Shown: positions 1-9,251, counted from the stretch's first letter. The stretch is 64,000 bases of DNA from Patescibacteria group bacterium (GCA_028705565.1 JAQWDH010000004.1:11728-75727), one strand, 5' to 3'. Notes: generated by a model not told the origin, from the sequence alone. Made by a program: numbers and translations.

Positions 1-841
1 TTGCGTTGGTAATTTTTCCCATAACTTCCAATCCTTGGTCCGCTGAACGCACTGAAAAATCATCGTCTTCCGGATTATCTATGTTGTGGCTCGCGCGCAA
101 AGATTGTTTTATATACTCAACGCTGTCATCCGCGCTGTCGGATCTGTCAATTTTAACGCGCGCGAAATTTATATAATTTATTCCGAGAAGTAATTTTTGC
201 GCCGCGGTCACAGGCACAAAAATTTGGTCGTCCTGATTTTGAAAACCGCTTACCCCCCTTTCACGCATAACGCCGATAATACTAAAATTGGTTTTCTTGA
301 TTTTTATTTGATGTCCCAAAGGATTTTCATCGCCGAACAAATCCTCCGCCGTCTTGCTTCCAAGCACTGCCACGCGCGCGATTGATTTTTCTTCTTCTTC
401 CGTAAAAAATCTTCCTTGCGAAACGAATGTGTCTTCCACATCAATATAAGACGCGGACACTCCGACAAAATAAGTGTCAACTTTATTATCTCCCCAAGCC
501 ACCGTGTCAAGCCCGCGAGCGTAAGATGATGCCGCGATAACGCGCGGAAAAGCCGGAGAAACCAGATTTTGAATATCTTTGTTTTTTAAAGTCACGATAG
601 GCGTTCCGAAAACCGAAGCCGGAGGACCGTTTTCTTCAGATTTTCCAGGTAAAATTCCTATCAAATTTGAGCCCATGCTTTTTATTTGATTTAAAATCAA
701 ACTTTGCGCCCCGGCTCCGACCGACATTATCACTATCACGGACATTATGCCGATTATAATTCCGAGCATTGTCAAAAACGACCGCAATTTGTTGCGGCCG
801 ATGATTATAAAAGAATTGTGGACGCATTGAGAAAAATTCAT
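1..841 (-). CDS. ABC transporter permease, MacB/FtsX family (partial, runs off the left edge)
   Basis: Manual translation from ATG at 841: MNFSQCVHNSFIIIGRNKLRSFLTMLGIIIGIMSVIVIMSVGAGAQ..., later GRFFTEEEEKSIARVAVLG. These are MacB permease hallmarks. Missing from the ORF track because the stop lies outside the window. Confidence 0.92.
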   Translation of the reverse strand, partial: MNFSQCVHNSFIIIGRNKLRSFLTMLGIIIGIMSVIVIMSVGAGAQSLILNQIKSMGSNLIGILPGKSEENGPPASVFGTPIVTLKNKDIQNLVSPAFPRVIAASSYARGLDTVAWGDNKVDTYFVGVSASYIDVEDTFVSQGRFFTEEEEKSIARVAVLGSKTAEDLFGDENPLGHQIKIKKTNFSIIGVMRERGVSGFQNQDDQIFVPVTAAQKLLLGINYINFARVKIDRSDSADDSVEYIKQSLRASHNIDNPEDDDFSVRSADQGLEVMGKITNA

Positions 842-859
842 AACGAACGAATATGAAAT

Positions 860-1597
860 TTATTTAATCAATTCTTTCGCTCCATCGGCGATTTGTCGGT
901 TTCCAACCATTTCATCGCTTATTATCAGCCCGTCTTTAATTTTTAAAATGCGTTTGGAATGTTCGGCTGTGTATCTCTCATGAGTCACTAAAATTATCGT
1001 ATGTCCGTGGTCGTTCAATTCTTGTAAAATTTTCATCACCTGCAAACCGGATTTTGAATCCAAATTACCGGTCGGCTCGTCCGCGAATATCACAGCCGGA
1101 TCATTTATTAAAGCTCTCGCTATCGCCGCGCGTTGTTTTTCTCCGCCGGAAATCTGACCCGGCGTATGTGTTAAACGATGCTCAAGTCCTACTTCGGTTA
1201 AAACTTTTTTAGCTCTATACGCCCACTCTCTTTTGTGAACGTTGGTGTAAAACAAAGGCAAAATGATATTATCCAACAAAGTCGTCCGCGGAAGAAGATT
1301 GAACGCTTGAAAAATAAAACCGACTTCTTTGCCGCGAGTTTCAGCCAATTCGTCATCCGTGAATGTGTTAACATTCCTGCCATTAAAAAAATAATCCCCG
1401 GATGAAGGCCGTTCTAAAAATCCCAAAATATGCATCAAGGTTGACTTTCCGGAACCGGATGGACCCATAATCGCCACAAATTCGCCTTTTTCAATCTTAA
1501 AACTTACACCATTCAAAGCCGGTGTAACCACATCCTCATTTCTATATTCTTTTTTTAAGTTTTTTACTTCAAGCAAAGATTCTGACATAAAAATCAA
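860..1597 (-). CDS. ABC transporter ATP-binding protein (LolD/MacB type)
   Basis: Walker A GPSGSGKST, signature ISGGEKQR, Walker B FADEPTGNLD, VTHE. Start may be ATG at 1588. Confidence 0.95.
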   Translation of the reverse strand: MIFMSESLLEVKNLKKEYRNEDVVTPALNGVSFKIEKGEFVAIMGPSGSGKSTLMHILGFLERPSSGDYFFNGRNVNTFTDDELAETRGKEVGFIFQAFNLLPRTTLLDNIILPLFYTNVHKREWAYRAKKVLTEVGLEHRLTHTPGQISGGEKQRAAIARALINDPAVIFADEPTGNLDSKSGLQVMKILQELNDHGHTIILVTHERYTAEHSKRILKIKDGLIISDEMVGNRQIADGAKELIK

Positions 1598-1604
1598 CGT
1601 TTTT

Positions 1605-3344
1605 TCACTTTTCGGTTTTCACGCTTAAAATTATTTCTTGCCCCTCGGTCAATCCTTCCGTTATTTCCACCAATCCGTTGTCTGCTTTTAAACCAAGCTT
1701 AACCGGAACTTCTTTTTCGGTTTTATTTTCCAAAACCCTAACGTATTTTCCGGTTTCGCCGCCCGCGCGCACGGCTCGCAAAGGAACATATAAAATATTT
1801 TCTCTTTTTTCGGTGTTCACGGTTACGTTAGCTGTCATACCCGACTTTATCGGTTTGTCGGACAAATCCAAAGCCACGCGCACTTTATAATAAACAACAT
1901 CTTGTATCTCTGTTGATGCCGGGTCAATCTGCAATATCTTCCCGGAAAACTTTACGTCTTCCCCGAACGCGTCCAATGTAATTTCGGTTTGGTCATTTAT
2001 TTTTAATTTTGCCACATCTGTTTCTGAAATATCTATTTTAATTTCATAAAAAGGAGTAAGCATTTGCACCGCTATATCAGAAGTGGAAATAAACTCTCCT
2101 CTTTTTTTATTCACTTTAGCGATGATGCCGTCAATCGGAGCGCGTATTATCGCTTTGTCGCGATTGGCGATTGCTTGAGAAAACGCCGCTCTGTAATACG
2201 CAATGTCAACTTCGCGTGGAGGTAAAATTTTACCCTGTAAATTCGCCAATGCCTGATTGTAAGATGCTTCCTTAACTTTAATAGCGCTCGCTGATGATGC
2301 TTTTGTATTTTCCAAATCTTTTATCGCTTTTTCATAAGCTATGTTATAAGTTGTGTAACTGTTTTTAGCGTCAAGAATCTCCTGCCTCTGACTGATTACG
2401 CTCGTATATTTCGCGGTGAGGGAAACACGGGTAGTTTCTATGGTTGTTTTTTTAGTATCCAAAGCGCTCTGCGTCAAGTTGCTTCCCTGCGGAGTCGCGG
2501 CCAAAACATCTGAAACGGAAACCAAAAGCTGATTCATCTTCGCGAGAGCATTCTCAGCCGCAATTAACGCGTCGTCTATATCTTTGTGGTCGCTTAAAGT
2601 GGTCAATGATAAAATAGCCGTTCTCGCGCTGTTTCTCGCTTCTTTGGCAGTATAATAATTATTTTGCGCCAAAGGCAATTTTGAAATATTATTTATTGAT
2701 AATTGCGTTTCAAACGAATCATTGGCAAAAATACTGTCAATGCCCAAGATATTGTCCGACTGTGTAATTGAGTCGTCTAAAATTGAAAGAACCGCCTGTA
2801 ATAAAGCAACCGCGTCTTCATAAGCGCTGCTCACTATACGGCTGCTTTCTCCTCCTTCGGCCATTTTTAAATTATTTTTGGCTGTTTCAAGCGCTGATTC
2901 CGTCTCTGTCACAGAACTTGACGCGTCGGCTTTGGCCTGTTCAAGCGCCGCCAAAGCGTTATCCGCGGCGGCGCGATAATAATCTCTTTCTTCGCCGGTC
3001 GCTCCTGCCAATTTTTGATTTAAATTCGCCTGCGCTTGCGCCACAGCCGCGTTCAAATCCGCCAAACGCAAATTAGCCAATAAATCTCCGGCTTTAACTT
3101 CATCGCCCTCTTTAACTTTAATAACGTCCAATGTGCCGGCTGTTTCAAATCTTAAAGACAGATCGTTGGCTGATTCTATTTTTCCGGTAGCTTCAACCGT
3201 TTGAGCCAAACTTCCTCTTTCAACTTTCACTGTTTCATAAGTAATCGTCTGATTGGTTTTTGCGTATTGCCAATACCCTATCGCCGCGGCCAACAAAATT
3301 ATCGTCAAAATTATATAAATTTTTTTTGATAAAAAAGAAAGCAT
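1605..3344 (-). CDS. Efflux periplasmic adaptor (MacA/HlyD-like membrane fusion protein) with long coiled coil
   Basis: N-terminal TM, VEATGKIE, VKEGDEVKAGDLLA lipoyl-like motif, IRAPIDG, SGMTANV; upstream of the ABC ATPase and permease. Confidence 0.9.
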   Translation of the reverse strand: MLSFLSKKIYIILTIILLAAAIGYWQYAKTNQTITYETVKVERGSLAQTVEATGKIESANDLSLRFETAGTLDVIKVKEGDEVKAGDLLANLRLADLNAAVAQAQANLNQKLAGATGEERDYYRAAADNALAALEQAKADASSSVTETESALETAKNNLKMAEGGESSRIVSSAYEDAVALLQAVLSILDDSITQSDNILGIDSIFANDSFETQLSINNISKLPLAQNNYYTAKEARNSARTAILSLTTLSDHKDIDDALIAAENALAKMNQLLVSVSDVLAATPQGSNLTQSALDTKKTTIETTRVSLTAKYTSVISQRQEILDAKNSYTTYNIAYEKAIKDLENTKASSASAIKVKEASYNQALANLQGKILPPREVDIAYYRAAFSQAIANRDKAIIRAPIDGIIAKVNKKRGEFISTSDIAVQMLTPFYEIKIDISETDVAKLKINDQTEITLDAFGEDVKFSGKILQIDPASTEIQDVVYYKVRVALDLSDKPIKSGMTANVTVNTEKRENILYVPLRAVRAGGETGKYVRVLENKTEKEVPVKLGLKADNGLVEITEGLTEGQEIILSVKTEK

Positions 3345-3348
3345 ATAT

Positions 3349-4806
3349 TCATTTATCTTTTATGTAAATTTTTTTTATTTTGAAAAAATATTCTTTGGCG
3401 GCTTCGTATTCGTTTGGGATTTTACCGTCAAGAATCGCCTCTTCAATCGCCTCTTTGATTTTGCCGACGACAGGACCGGGTTTAAGTCCGCAAAGCTTCA
3501 TAATTTCGTCGCCTCTCAACGGCGATTGGAACGCTCTTAATTTGTCTTTTTCAATCACCTCGGCGATTCTTTTTTCCAAACGGTCATAATTTTTCAATCG
3601 CTGTTCTTTTTTATAAGGGTTGCCCGTTGTGATATCGCTCCTGCCTAATATCAAAAGGTCGTTTAATTCTTCGCCTAAATTTACTATCAATCTTCTCACA
3701 GCCGAATCTGTAATGCCTTCATCCATTAAACTTATCGGCTGTTGATGCCAGCGGACAAGTTTGGTTAAATAATCGGTCAAGTCCTTTGAAAAACGCAAAC
3801 GCCTGCTTATTTGAAAAGTTAATTTTTTACCAACATGCTCGTGCTGATAAAAAGTCCAGCCGATTTTCGGAAAGAATTTTTTTGTCGTGAATTTTCCGAT
3901 ATCATGCAAAAGCCCCGCTAAACGCAAAGAAACTTTTTCGGTTCTTTCGGAAATATTGTCAACGACTTTAAAAGTGTGCGTTAAATTATTTTTATGCTGA
4001 TGCCCATATATTTCCTCAACCCCATCCAATCTCGCGACCTCCGGCAAAAACATATCCAAAAGATGAGTTTGAAACATTAAAATAAGCCCGATTGACGGTT
4101 GTTTGCATGCCAATAATTTTAAAAGTTCTTCTTGAATTCTTTCAGCTGAAACTATTTTTAATCTTTCGCGATTGCGAAAAATCGCTTCCAACGCCGTTTT
4201 CTCCGCTGAAAAACCAAGCTGAGCCGCGAACCTAACGCATCTCATCATACGCAAAGGGTCATCGCTGAATGTTTTATCCGGGTCAAGCGGAGTGCGTAAA
4301 ACTTTGTTTTTTAAATCTTTTTTTCCATTAAATAAATCAATAACAACCTTGTCAATTGCGCTCGTGTCTTTCTTTTTAAGCGATAAAACCGATATCATGT
4401 CCGAAACTGACACGGCCATCGCATTGACGGTAAAATCTCGGCGCGCCAAATCTTCTTTCAAAGTTGTCGCCTCAACGATTGGCTTGCGCGTTTCCTTATC
4501 ATATTTTTCAACGCGCGCGCCCGCGAATTCAAGCACCGTTGTTTCTTTGTTTTCGCCGACTATATATCTCGCGGTGTCAAAATCGGAAAACTCAACTAAA
4601 CTTCCTTTTTGTTTCCACGCCTCATCCAATTTTCTCGCAAATTCAATTCCGCTTCCGACCACGACAAAATCAATGTCTTTATTTTGCTCCACTCCCATTA
4701 AATAATCGCGCGCAAAACCGCCGACTGCGTAAATCGGCGTTTTTGTTTTTTTAGCGACCGTGTCAATTTTTTTAAAAACAGACAAAACCGACAACATATT
4801 TTGCAT
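3349..4806 (-). CDS. cca: CCA tRNA nucleotidyltransferase (class II, with HD domain)
   Basis: VGGFARD, DIDFVV, EDLARRDFTVNAMA, DDPLRMMR, LLHDIGK motifs. Confidence 0.9.
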   Translation of the reverse strand: MQNMLSVLSVFKKIDTVAKKTKTPIYAVGGFARDYLMGVEQNKDIDFVVVGSGIEFARKLDEAWKQKGSLVEFSDFDTARYIVGENKETTVLEFAGARVEKYDKETRKPIVEATTLKEDLARRDFTVNAMAVSVSDMISVLSLKKKDTSAIDKVVIDLFNGKKDLKNKVLRTPLDPDKTFSDDPLRMMRCVRFAAQLGFSAEKTALEAIFRNRERLKIVSAERIQEELLKLLACKQPSIGLILMFQTHLLDMFLPEVARLDGVEEIYGHQHKNNLTHTFKVVDNISERTEKVSLRLAGLLHDIGKFTTKKFFPKIGWTFYQHEHVGKKLTFQISRRLRFSKDLTDYLTKLVRWHQQPISLMDEGITDSAVRRLIVNLGEELNDLLILGRSDITTGNPYKKEQRLKNYDRLEKRIAEVIEKDKLRAFQSPLRGDEIMKLCGLKPGPVVGKIKEAIEEAILDGKIPNEYEAAKEYFFKIKKIYIKDK

Positions 4807-4831
4807 TGACTAAAAATCAAAATGACAAAAT

Positions 4832-5866
4832 CTAAACTTTTTTATTTCGTCCGGTTCTCTTCTCCGCCATTTCCTTTTCCACCCATCCTTCTTCAACCAA
4901 ATGTTTAATGGAATTTTCCAAAGTTATCATTCCCTCTTTAGCGCCCGTTTGAATAGCTGATTTGATTTGATTGATATTATTTTCTTTAATCAAGCTTGCG
5001 ATTGCCGGCGTGTTGATTAAAATTTCTCGCGCCGCAACGCGTCCGCCGTCTTTCGCTGGCAAAAGATGCTGCGCCACCACCGCACGCAACACGGAAGAAA
5101 ACTGAATTAAAATTTGTTTTTGCTTATCGCCTTCAAAAACATCCACTATCCTTTCCACGGCTTCCGCCGCGCTTGGGGTATGCAAAGTTGAAAAAACCAA
5201 GTGACCGGTTTCTGCCGCGGTCAAAACCGTGGCGATTGTTTCAGGGTCGCGCATTTCCCCAACCAAAATCACATTCGGGTCCTGGCGTAAAACATGTTTC
5301 AACGCCGCGGCGAATGACTTGGTGTCAGAACCGACTTCACGCTGTTCAATCAAACTTTTTTTGTCTTTAAAAATAAATTCAATCGGGTCTTCAATTGTTA
5401 CAATATGCGCCTTGCGGGTTTTATTTATTTCTTCAATGATTGAAGCCATTGTGGTTGATTTGCCGCAACCGGTCGCTCCTGTAATAAGAACAAGCCCGTC
5501 CAATAAATTTTGAATTTCCATCAAATACGGTTCAAAATGCAAATCTTTCGGAGTTGGTATTTCCGATGGTATCAAACGCGTTGTCAAACCGATATTTCCT
5601 TCCTGCTGGTGCAAATTCACGCGAAAACGCGCATCGTCCAATTCATAACCAAAATCCAATTCTTTTTCTTCTTCAAAGGCATCCTTTTGCTCTTTCGTGA
5701 GCAACCCGTAAATCGCGGTTTGCAATTCTTTGTTGTCTATCTTTTTATCATCCAATTCTTCCAGTTGTCCTTCAATTCTTAATGCCGGCTTTTCGCCTCC
5801 GACCAAATGCAAATCAGACGCGTCTTTTTTAATCGCCTCCTTTAAAAAACTCTTGATATTCAACAT
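4832..5866 (-). CDS. pilT: Type IV pilus retraction ATPase PilT/PilU family
   Basis: ASDLHL, Walker A GATGCGKST, TIEDPIE, LRQDPNVILVGEMRD, AETGHLVFSTLHT, AIASLIKE (AIRNLIRE-like). Confidence 0.93.
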   Translation of the reverse strand: MLNIKSFLKEAIKKDASDLHLVGGEKPALRIEGQLEELDDKKIDNKELQTAIYGLLTKEQKDAFEEEKELDFGYELDDARFRVNLHQQEGNIGLTTRLIPSEIPTPKDLHFEPYLMEIQNLLDGLVLITGATGCGKSTTMASIIEEINKTRKAHIVTIEDPIEFIFKDKKSLIEQREVGSDTKSFAAALKHVLRQDPNVILVGEMRDPETIATVLTAAETGHLVFSTLHTPSAAEAVERIVDVFEGDKQKQILIQFSSVLRAVVAQHLLPAKDGGRVAAREILINTPAIASLIKENNINQIKSAIQTGAKEGMITLENSIKHLVEEGWVEKEMAEKRTGRNKKV

Positions 5867-5913
5867 AAAAATGTATTAAATATATGTATTGATTATAACA
5901 CGTAAAATCGCTC

Positions 5914-5942
5914 TTGAAAAGCGAATAAAGATATGTTATTCT
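5914..5942 (+). promoter_or_regulatory. sigma70-like promoter for the tRNA-Pro locus
   Basis: TTGAAA-N17-TATTCT just upstream of the duplicated tRNA 5' fragment at 5959. Confidence 0.55.
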
Positions 5943-5957
5943 TTAAAAAGAACAAAA

Positions 5958-5975
5958 TCGGGCTGTAGCTCAGTT
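5958..5975 (+). repeat. Duplicated 5' end of tRNA-Pro
   Basis: TCGGGCTGTAGCTCAGTT is identical to 6202-6219. Confidence 0.95.
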
Positions 5976-6025
5976 TCCGCCAAGGCCTGCCTGTCGGCAG
6001 ACAGGGCGGACCAGCCTTTGGCTGG
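5976..6025. repeat. Cluster of nested GC-rich palindromes
   Basis: TCCGCCAAGG[CCTGCCTGTCGGCAGACAGG]GCGGA followed by CCAGCCTTTGGCTGG. Confidence 0.85.
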
Positions 6026-6039
6026 GGTTAGTTATCTTT

Positions 6040-6212
6040 ATGTATTCAATATACTTTCTAAAAAGTTTAAAAAATAGTAAGTATTATGTTGGCGTAACAA
6101 ACAAAAAACCTATCATCAGATTAAAAAAGAAAAAAATTATAAAAATGGTTTTGGAAAACAAATTAAAAACGCAATCATTAAATTAGTAGAAAAATTTACT
6201 TTCGGGCTGTAG
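6040..6212 (+). pseudogene. Internally deleted small GIY-YIG endonuclease
   Basis: Frame A: MYSIYFLKSLKNSKYYVGVTNKKPIIRL (GIY...YVG...R; stop at 6186). Frame B: EKNYKNGFGKQIKNAIIKLVEKFTFGL*, with the stop TAG at 6210-6212 inside the tRNA. The central part of the domain is missing. Confidence 0.75.
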
Positions 6213-6275
6213 CTCAGTTGGTAGAGCGCATGGTTCGGGACCATGAGGCCGCAGGTTCAAGTCCTGTCAGCCCGA
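6203..6275 (+). tRNA. tRNA-Pro (CGG), CCA not encoded
   Basis: Acceptor CGGGCTG/CAGCCCG, D-arm GCTCAGTTGGTAGAGC, anticodon arm CATGG-TTCGGGA-CCATG, T-loop GGTTCAAGTCC. Confidence 0.97.
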
Positions 6276-6450
6276 CGAACGAAGTGAGAAGGGATGAAGC
6301 AAACAAATTGTTTTGCTTGCGTCAAGAATTGAACGCCGGAGCGATGTTTTGCGAGTTTGATGACGAGCAAAACCGCGAGGCGGTGGCCAGACAAAATTTT
6401 CGGAAGAAAATTTTAGTCGAGGCCAAGTCCTGTCAGCCCGACGAACGAAG
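6258..6450 (+). mobile_element. Non-coding hairpin-rich element bounded by a 27-bp direct repeat of the tRNA 3' end
   Basis: CAAGTCCTGTCAGCCCGACGAACGAAG occurs at 6258-6284 and 6424-6450. Internal inverted repeats include AAGCAAA..TTTGCTT, TTTTGC..GCAAAA and AAAATTTT..AAAATTTT. Confidence 0.7.
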
Positions 6451-6597
6451 GACTTTCGCAAGATCGGCTCGCTAAGCTCGCCGATATAGCCAATAATACG
6501 TAAAATTGAGCAAGACGAAAATCAAAATCCGACATTAGACACACTAAAAAAACTCGCAAAAGCGCTTGCGGTTAGTGTTGATGATTTAATAAAATAA
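6450..6597 (+). pseudogene. Truncated, frameshifted XRE-family HTH regulator
   Basis: GLSQDRLAKLADIANNT / KIEQDENQNPTLDTLKKLAKALAVSVDDLIK*; aligns by eye to the intact HTH at 35287-35484. Confidence 0.85.
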
Positions 6598-6601
6598 AAT
6601 T

Positions 6602-7477
6602 ATGTTTGATGATAAAATATTTATCACTAAATGCACTGTAATTGATGGCATTTATGATTGTCTTAACAAAGAAACGCAGGAAAACAGAATAAAAAAAGTT
6701 GAAATTGCAACATATTCTGAAAGAGCTGATGAATTTGATGAAAAAAAAATGTTAAATTTGACCCTTGAACATCAAGAAATTTTAATGCCCTTAATGAACC
6801 TGCCGAAAGGATCCACGATACTCGAAATAGGAGGTGGTGATGGTCGATTTGCTTTTTACTTGATGAAAAATGGGTATACAGTAATTGAATCAGATATTGC
6901 TCTTGGTAGTGTACAAAAAACAAAATCAATAGCCGATAAACATAATATATCAAACGGTGTCTTTGCTGTTATTGACGCAGAGAACCTGCCGTTTAAAGAT
7001 GAGAGTCTGGACGGAATTTTTATGGTTGCTTCTTTGCACCACTTGCCTTATCCAGAAAAGGCGATTGTTGAATTTAATCGCTGTCTTAAAAATAATGGCT
7101 ATCTGCTTATACTTCGAGAACCTGCTTCTTGGCAATATAAATTATTTGGACCGATCTTTTGGATAATAAGGATGATAGCAAGAAATAAGAATAAAAATTT
7201 ATTTTCACTAGCCGATGATGAAACAAGGGGTTTTTCGATTAAACAACTTAAACAATTATTATTTAATTTTAGCAATATTGAATTAAAACCAACAAGTTAT
7301 TTATATAAGTGTTATTATAATTTTTTATTATTGTTAAAAAAATTTTCAGGAAAACCCATAAAAGAAAATATTAAAATAAAGACTTTTTTAAAAAAACTTG
7401 ATAATTTTATAAAAAAGTTGCCAATAATAAAAAATTGTTGTTGGGATTGGGATATATACTGTCGGAAAAAAGGTTAA
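6602..7477 (+). CDS. Class I SAM-dependent methyltransferase
   Basis: ILEIGGGDG motif I, DAENLPFKDESLD, LHHL; visibly more AT-rich than its neighbours. Confidence 0.9.
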   Translation: MFDDKIFITKCTVIDGIYDCLNKETQENRIKKVEIATYSERADEFDEKKMLNLTLEHQEILMPLMNLPKGSTILEIGGGDGRFAFYLMKNGYTVIESDIALGSVQKTKSIADKHNISNGVFAVIDAENLPFKDESLDGIFMVASLHHLPYPEKAIVEFNRCLKNNGYLLILREPASWQYKLFGPIFWIIRMIARNKNKNLFSLADDETRGFSIKQLKQLLFNFSNIELKPTSYLYKCYYNFLLLLKKFSGKPIKENIKIKTFLKKLDNFIKKLPIIKNCCWDWDIYCRKKG

Positions 7478-7503
7478 AAATTGTTTAAATGTATAAATAA
7501 CTT

Positions 7504-7536
7504 AAAACCCCGACGATTTATTCGCCGGGGTATTTT
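7504..7536. terminator. Bidirectional intrinsic terminator
   Basis: AAAA-CCCCGACGA...TCGCCGGGG-TATTTT between convergent genes. Confidence 0.7.
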
Positions 7537-7545
7537 AATTTAAAA

Positions 7546-8631
7546 TTATTTTTTATTCGCCAATTCGCGCTTTAAATAATCAACAAACGGTATCGCTGTC
7601 GGGTCAATGCCGTCGTGAACAGCGGAATAAAAACTTAAATATCCGCTGAATGCCAAAACTTCGCAAACTTGCGCCAAAGAAGTTTTTTCACGGCATGAAT
7701 AAGAAATGTGTTCAATGTTATTTTTATCCAAAACTTGTTTTGTTATTTTATATCTTTTTCTCGTTCTCTTATCGTATAAGCCTGATTCAATAAAAATAAA
7801 AATAATATCGCTTCCGTTGGTCCTCGGATTCGCCAACCCTTCCAAAAGATGATGATTTAACTCCGGCAAAACAAAATATCCGGAAAATCTTTTCGCGTTC
7901 TCGTTCATTTGATTGGAGGCGATGTGGATATTGCCCGACAAGTGTTCCGACCCGACGAACCAAACACTTTTGCCAAATGATTTTACAGCCGTTGTTTTCG
8001 CTTGATTATCCGGTGTCGCGGAGCCTGCGCCGAATAATTTCACGTATTTTTTTATAATCTCTTCGGCTGATTTCAGCTCTTTTGCGCCGAATTTTAAAAC
8101 TCCCGCTTTGGCCAAAATAATCATTTGCCCAAAAATTGAATAACACAAACCCATGCGCGGAGAACCGCAAGGATTGTTGTCGGTGGTAAAAATAAACGCC
8201 GGAATTTTATATTTTTCAGCCATCGCGGCCAATTTTCCTCCGGCGGAAATTACGGCTATTTTCGCTTTCTTTTCTCTCGCTTCGTTAAAAGCCGAGATAA
8301 CTTCTTCGGTATTGCCGGAATAACTGGACGCGATAACCAATGTGTTATTATCAACAAACGCCGGTAAACGATAATCGTTTATTATTTCCAAAGGAATTTT
8401 CAAGTAATTGAAAAAAAGAACTTTTATAGCATGCGTTCCCAAAGCCGAACCTCCCATGCCGAAAACCGCGATATTTTTCACGGTTTTATAATTTGCCGGT
8501 AATTTTAACTTAACTCCGCTTTTCCAAATTTCTTCCGCCTGTTTGGCAAACGCCTCCAAACTTCCAAGCATATTTTTCGTGTCCAATTTTTTAATTTCAG
8601 CGAGATTATCTAAAATATTTTGACTGCTCAT
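7546..8631 (-). CDS. Bifunctional phosphoglucose/phosphomannose isomerase (SIS domain)
   Basis: GMGGSA, SYSGNTEE, SPR, NENAK, PELNHH motifs. Confidence 0.9.
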   Translation of the reverse strand: MSSQNILDNLAEIKKLDTKNMLGSLEAFAKQAEEIWKSGVKLKLPANYKTVKNIAVFGMGGSALGTHAIKVLFFNYLKIPLEIINDYRLPAFVDNNTLVIASSYSGNTEEVISAFNEAREKKAKIAVISAGGKLAAMAEKYKIPAFIFTTDNNPCGSPRMGLCYSIFGQMIILAKAGVLKFGAKELKSAEEIIKKYVKLFGAGSATPDNQAKTTAVKSFGKSVWFVGSEHLSGNIHIASNQMNENAKRFSGYFVLPELNHHLLEGLANPRTNGSDIIFIFIESGLYDKRTRKRYKITKQVLDKNNIEHISYSCREKTSLAQVCEVLAFSGYLSFYSAVHDGIDPTAIPFVDYLKRELANKK

Positions 8632-8694
8632 AAATTAAAGTTATATTTATATTTTATATCTTACCACATAGCCGATTTTTATAAAAGATAAAAC

Positions 8695-8724
8695 AAAAAA
8701 ACGGGTCGCTTAAGCGTTGCCCGT
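8695..8724 (-). terminator. Intrinsic terminator of the 8730-9218 orphan gene
   Basis: Minus strand ACGGGCAACGCTTAAGCGACCCGT-TTTTTT. Confidence 0.75.
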
Positions 8725-8729
8725 ATATT

Positions 8730-9218
8730 TTAAAAAAAATACCTCCCTAATTCCTTTATATTCCACCCCCTAAAAATTTCTTTAAATTTCCAATCATCAC
8801 CCTCTGATTCATCTATAAAGGCGACTATGAGACAAAAATTTTTTTTACCGTTATTTTTATAATAAACGGCAAAACAACACAAATCCTTCTCTTCAAATTC
8901 AGATAGATTGCATCCTATCTTAGTCGGACGAAACACAATAATCGTTCCGATTTTACTTTTCTTGTCCACCCACCTTTTTAAAATTTCTTCTTCCAGAATT
9001 TTATTTTCCGTATCATCGCCTATGTTTTTAAACTTTAAATCTCCGTCAAATTTACCGAAAAGCATACTTTCACCAGCCTGAACTTTTCCAATTATTTTAT
9101 TCTGAATTTGCAGGCATGATTGCCTTTTTTTATAATCTTTTTTCAATCTTATGGCGAAATTCAAAAAGAAACCCGCCACAAAACTTACCACTCCTAATAA
9201 TAATCCTAGTATTATCAA
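8730..9218 (-). CDS. Hypothetical protein with N-terminal TM anchor
   Basis: 162-aa ORF with TTG start, AGGAGG at 9225-9230, its own promoter and terminator. Confidence 0.7.
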   Translation of the reverse strand: MIILGLLLGVVSFVAGFFLNFAIRLKKDYKKRQSCLQIQNKIIGKVQAGESMLFGKFDGDLKFKNIGDDTENKILEEEILKRWVDKKSKIGTIIVFRPTKIGCNLSEFEEKDLCCFAVYYKNNGKKNFCLIVAFIDESEGDDWKFKEIFRGWNIKELGRYFF

Positions 9219-9251
9219 TGTTCGCCTCCTTTTAATTTTTTGACCTGCATA

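Noticed and set aside
5889-6077. 62-aa ORF from the track
   Set aside because: It runs through the promoter, the tRNA fragment and the palindromes; the GIY-YIG remnant in another frame explains the region better.
5958-6275. tRNA intron interpretation
   Set aside because: The downstream tRNA is complete and the 5' segment is duplicated, so no splicing is needed; no group I/II core is visible.
6218-6475. 85-aa (+) and 64-aa (-) ORFs
   Set aside because: They overlap tRNA-Pro and its 3' repeat element; shadow ORFs.
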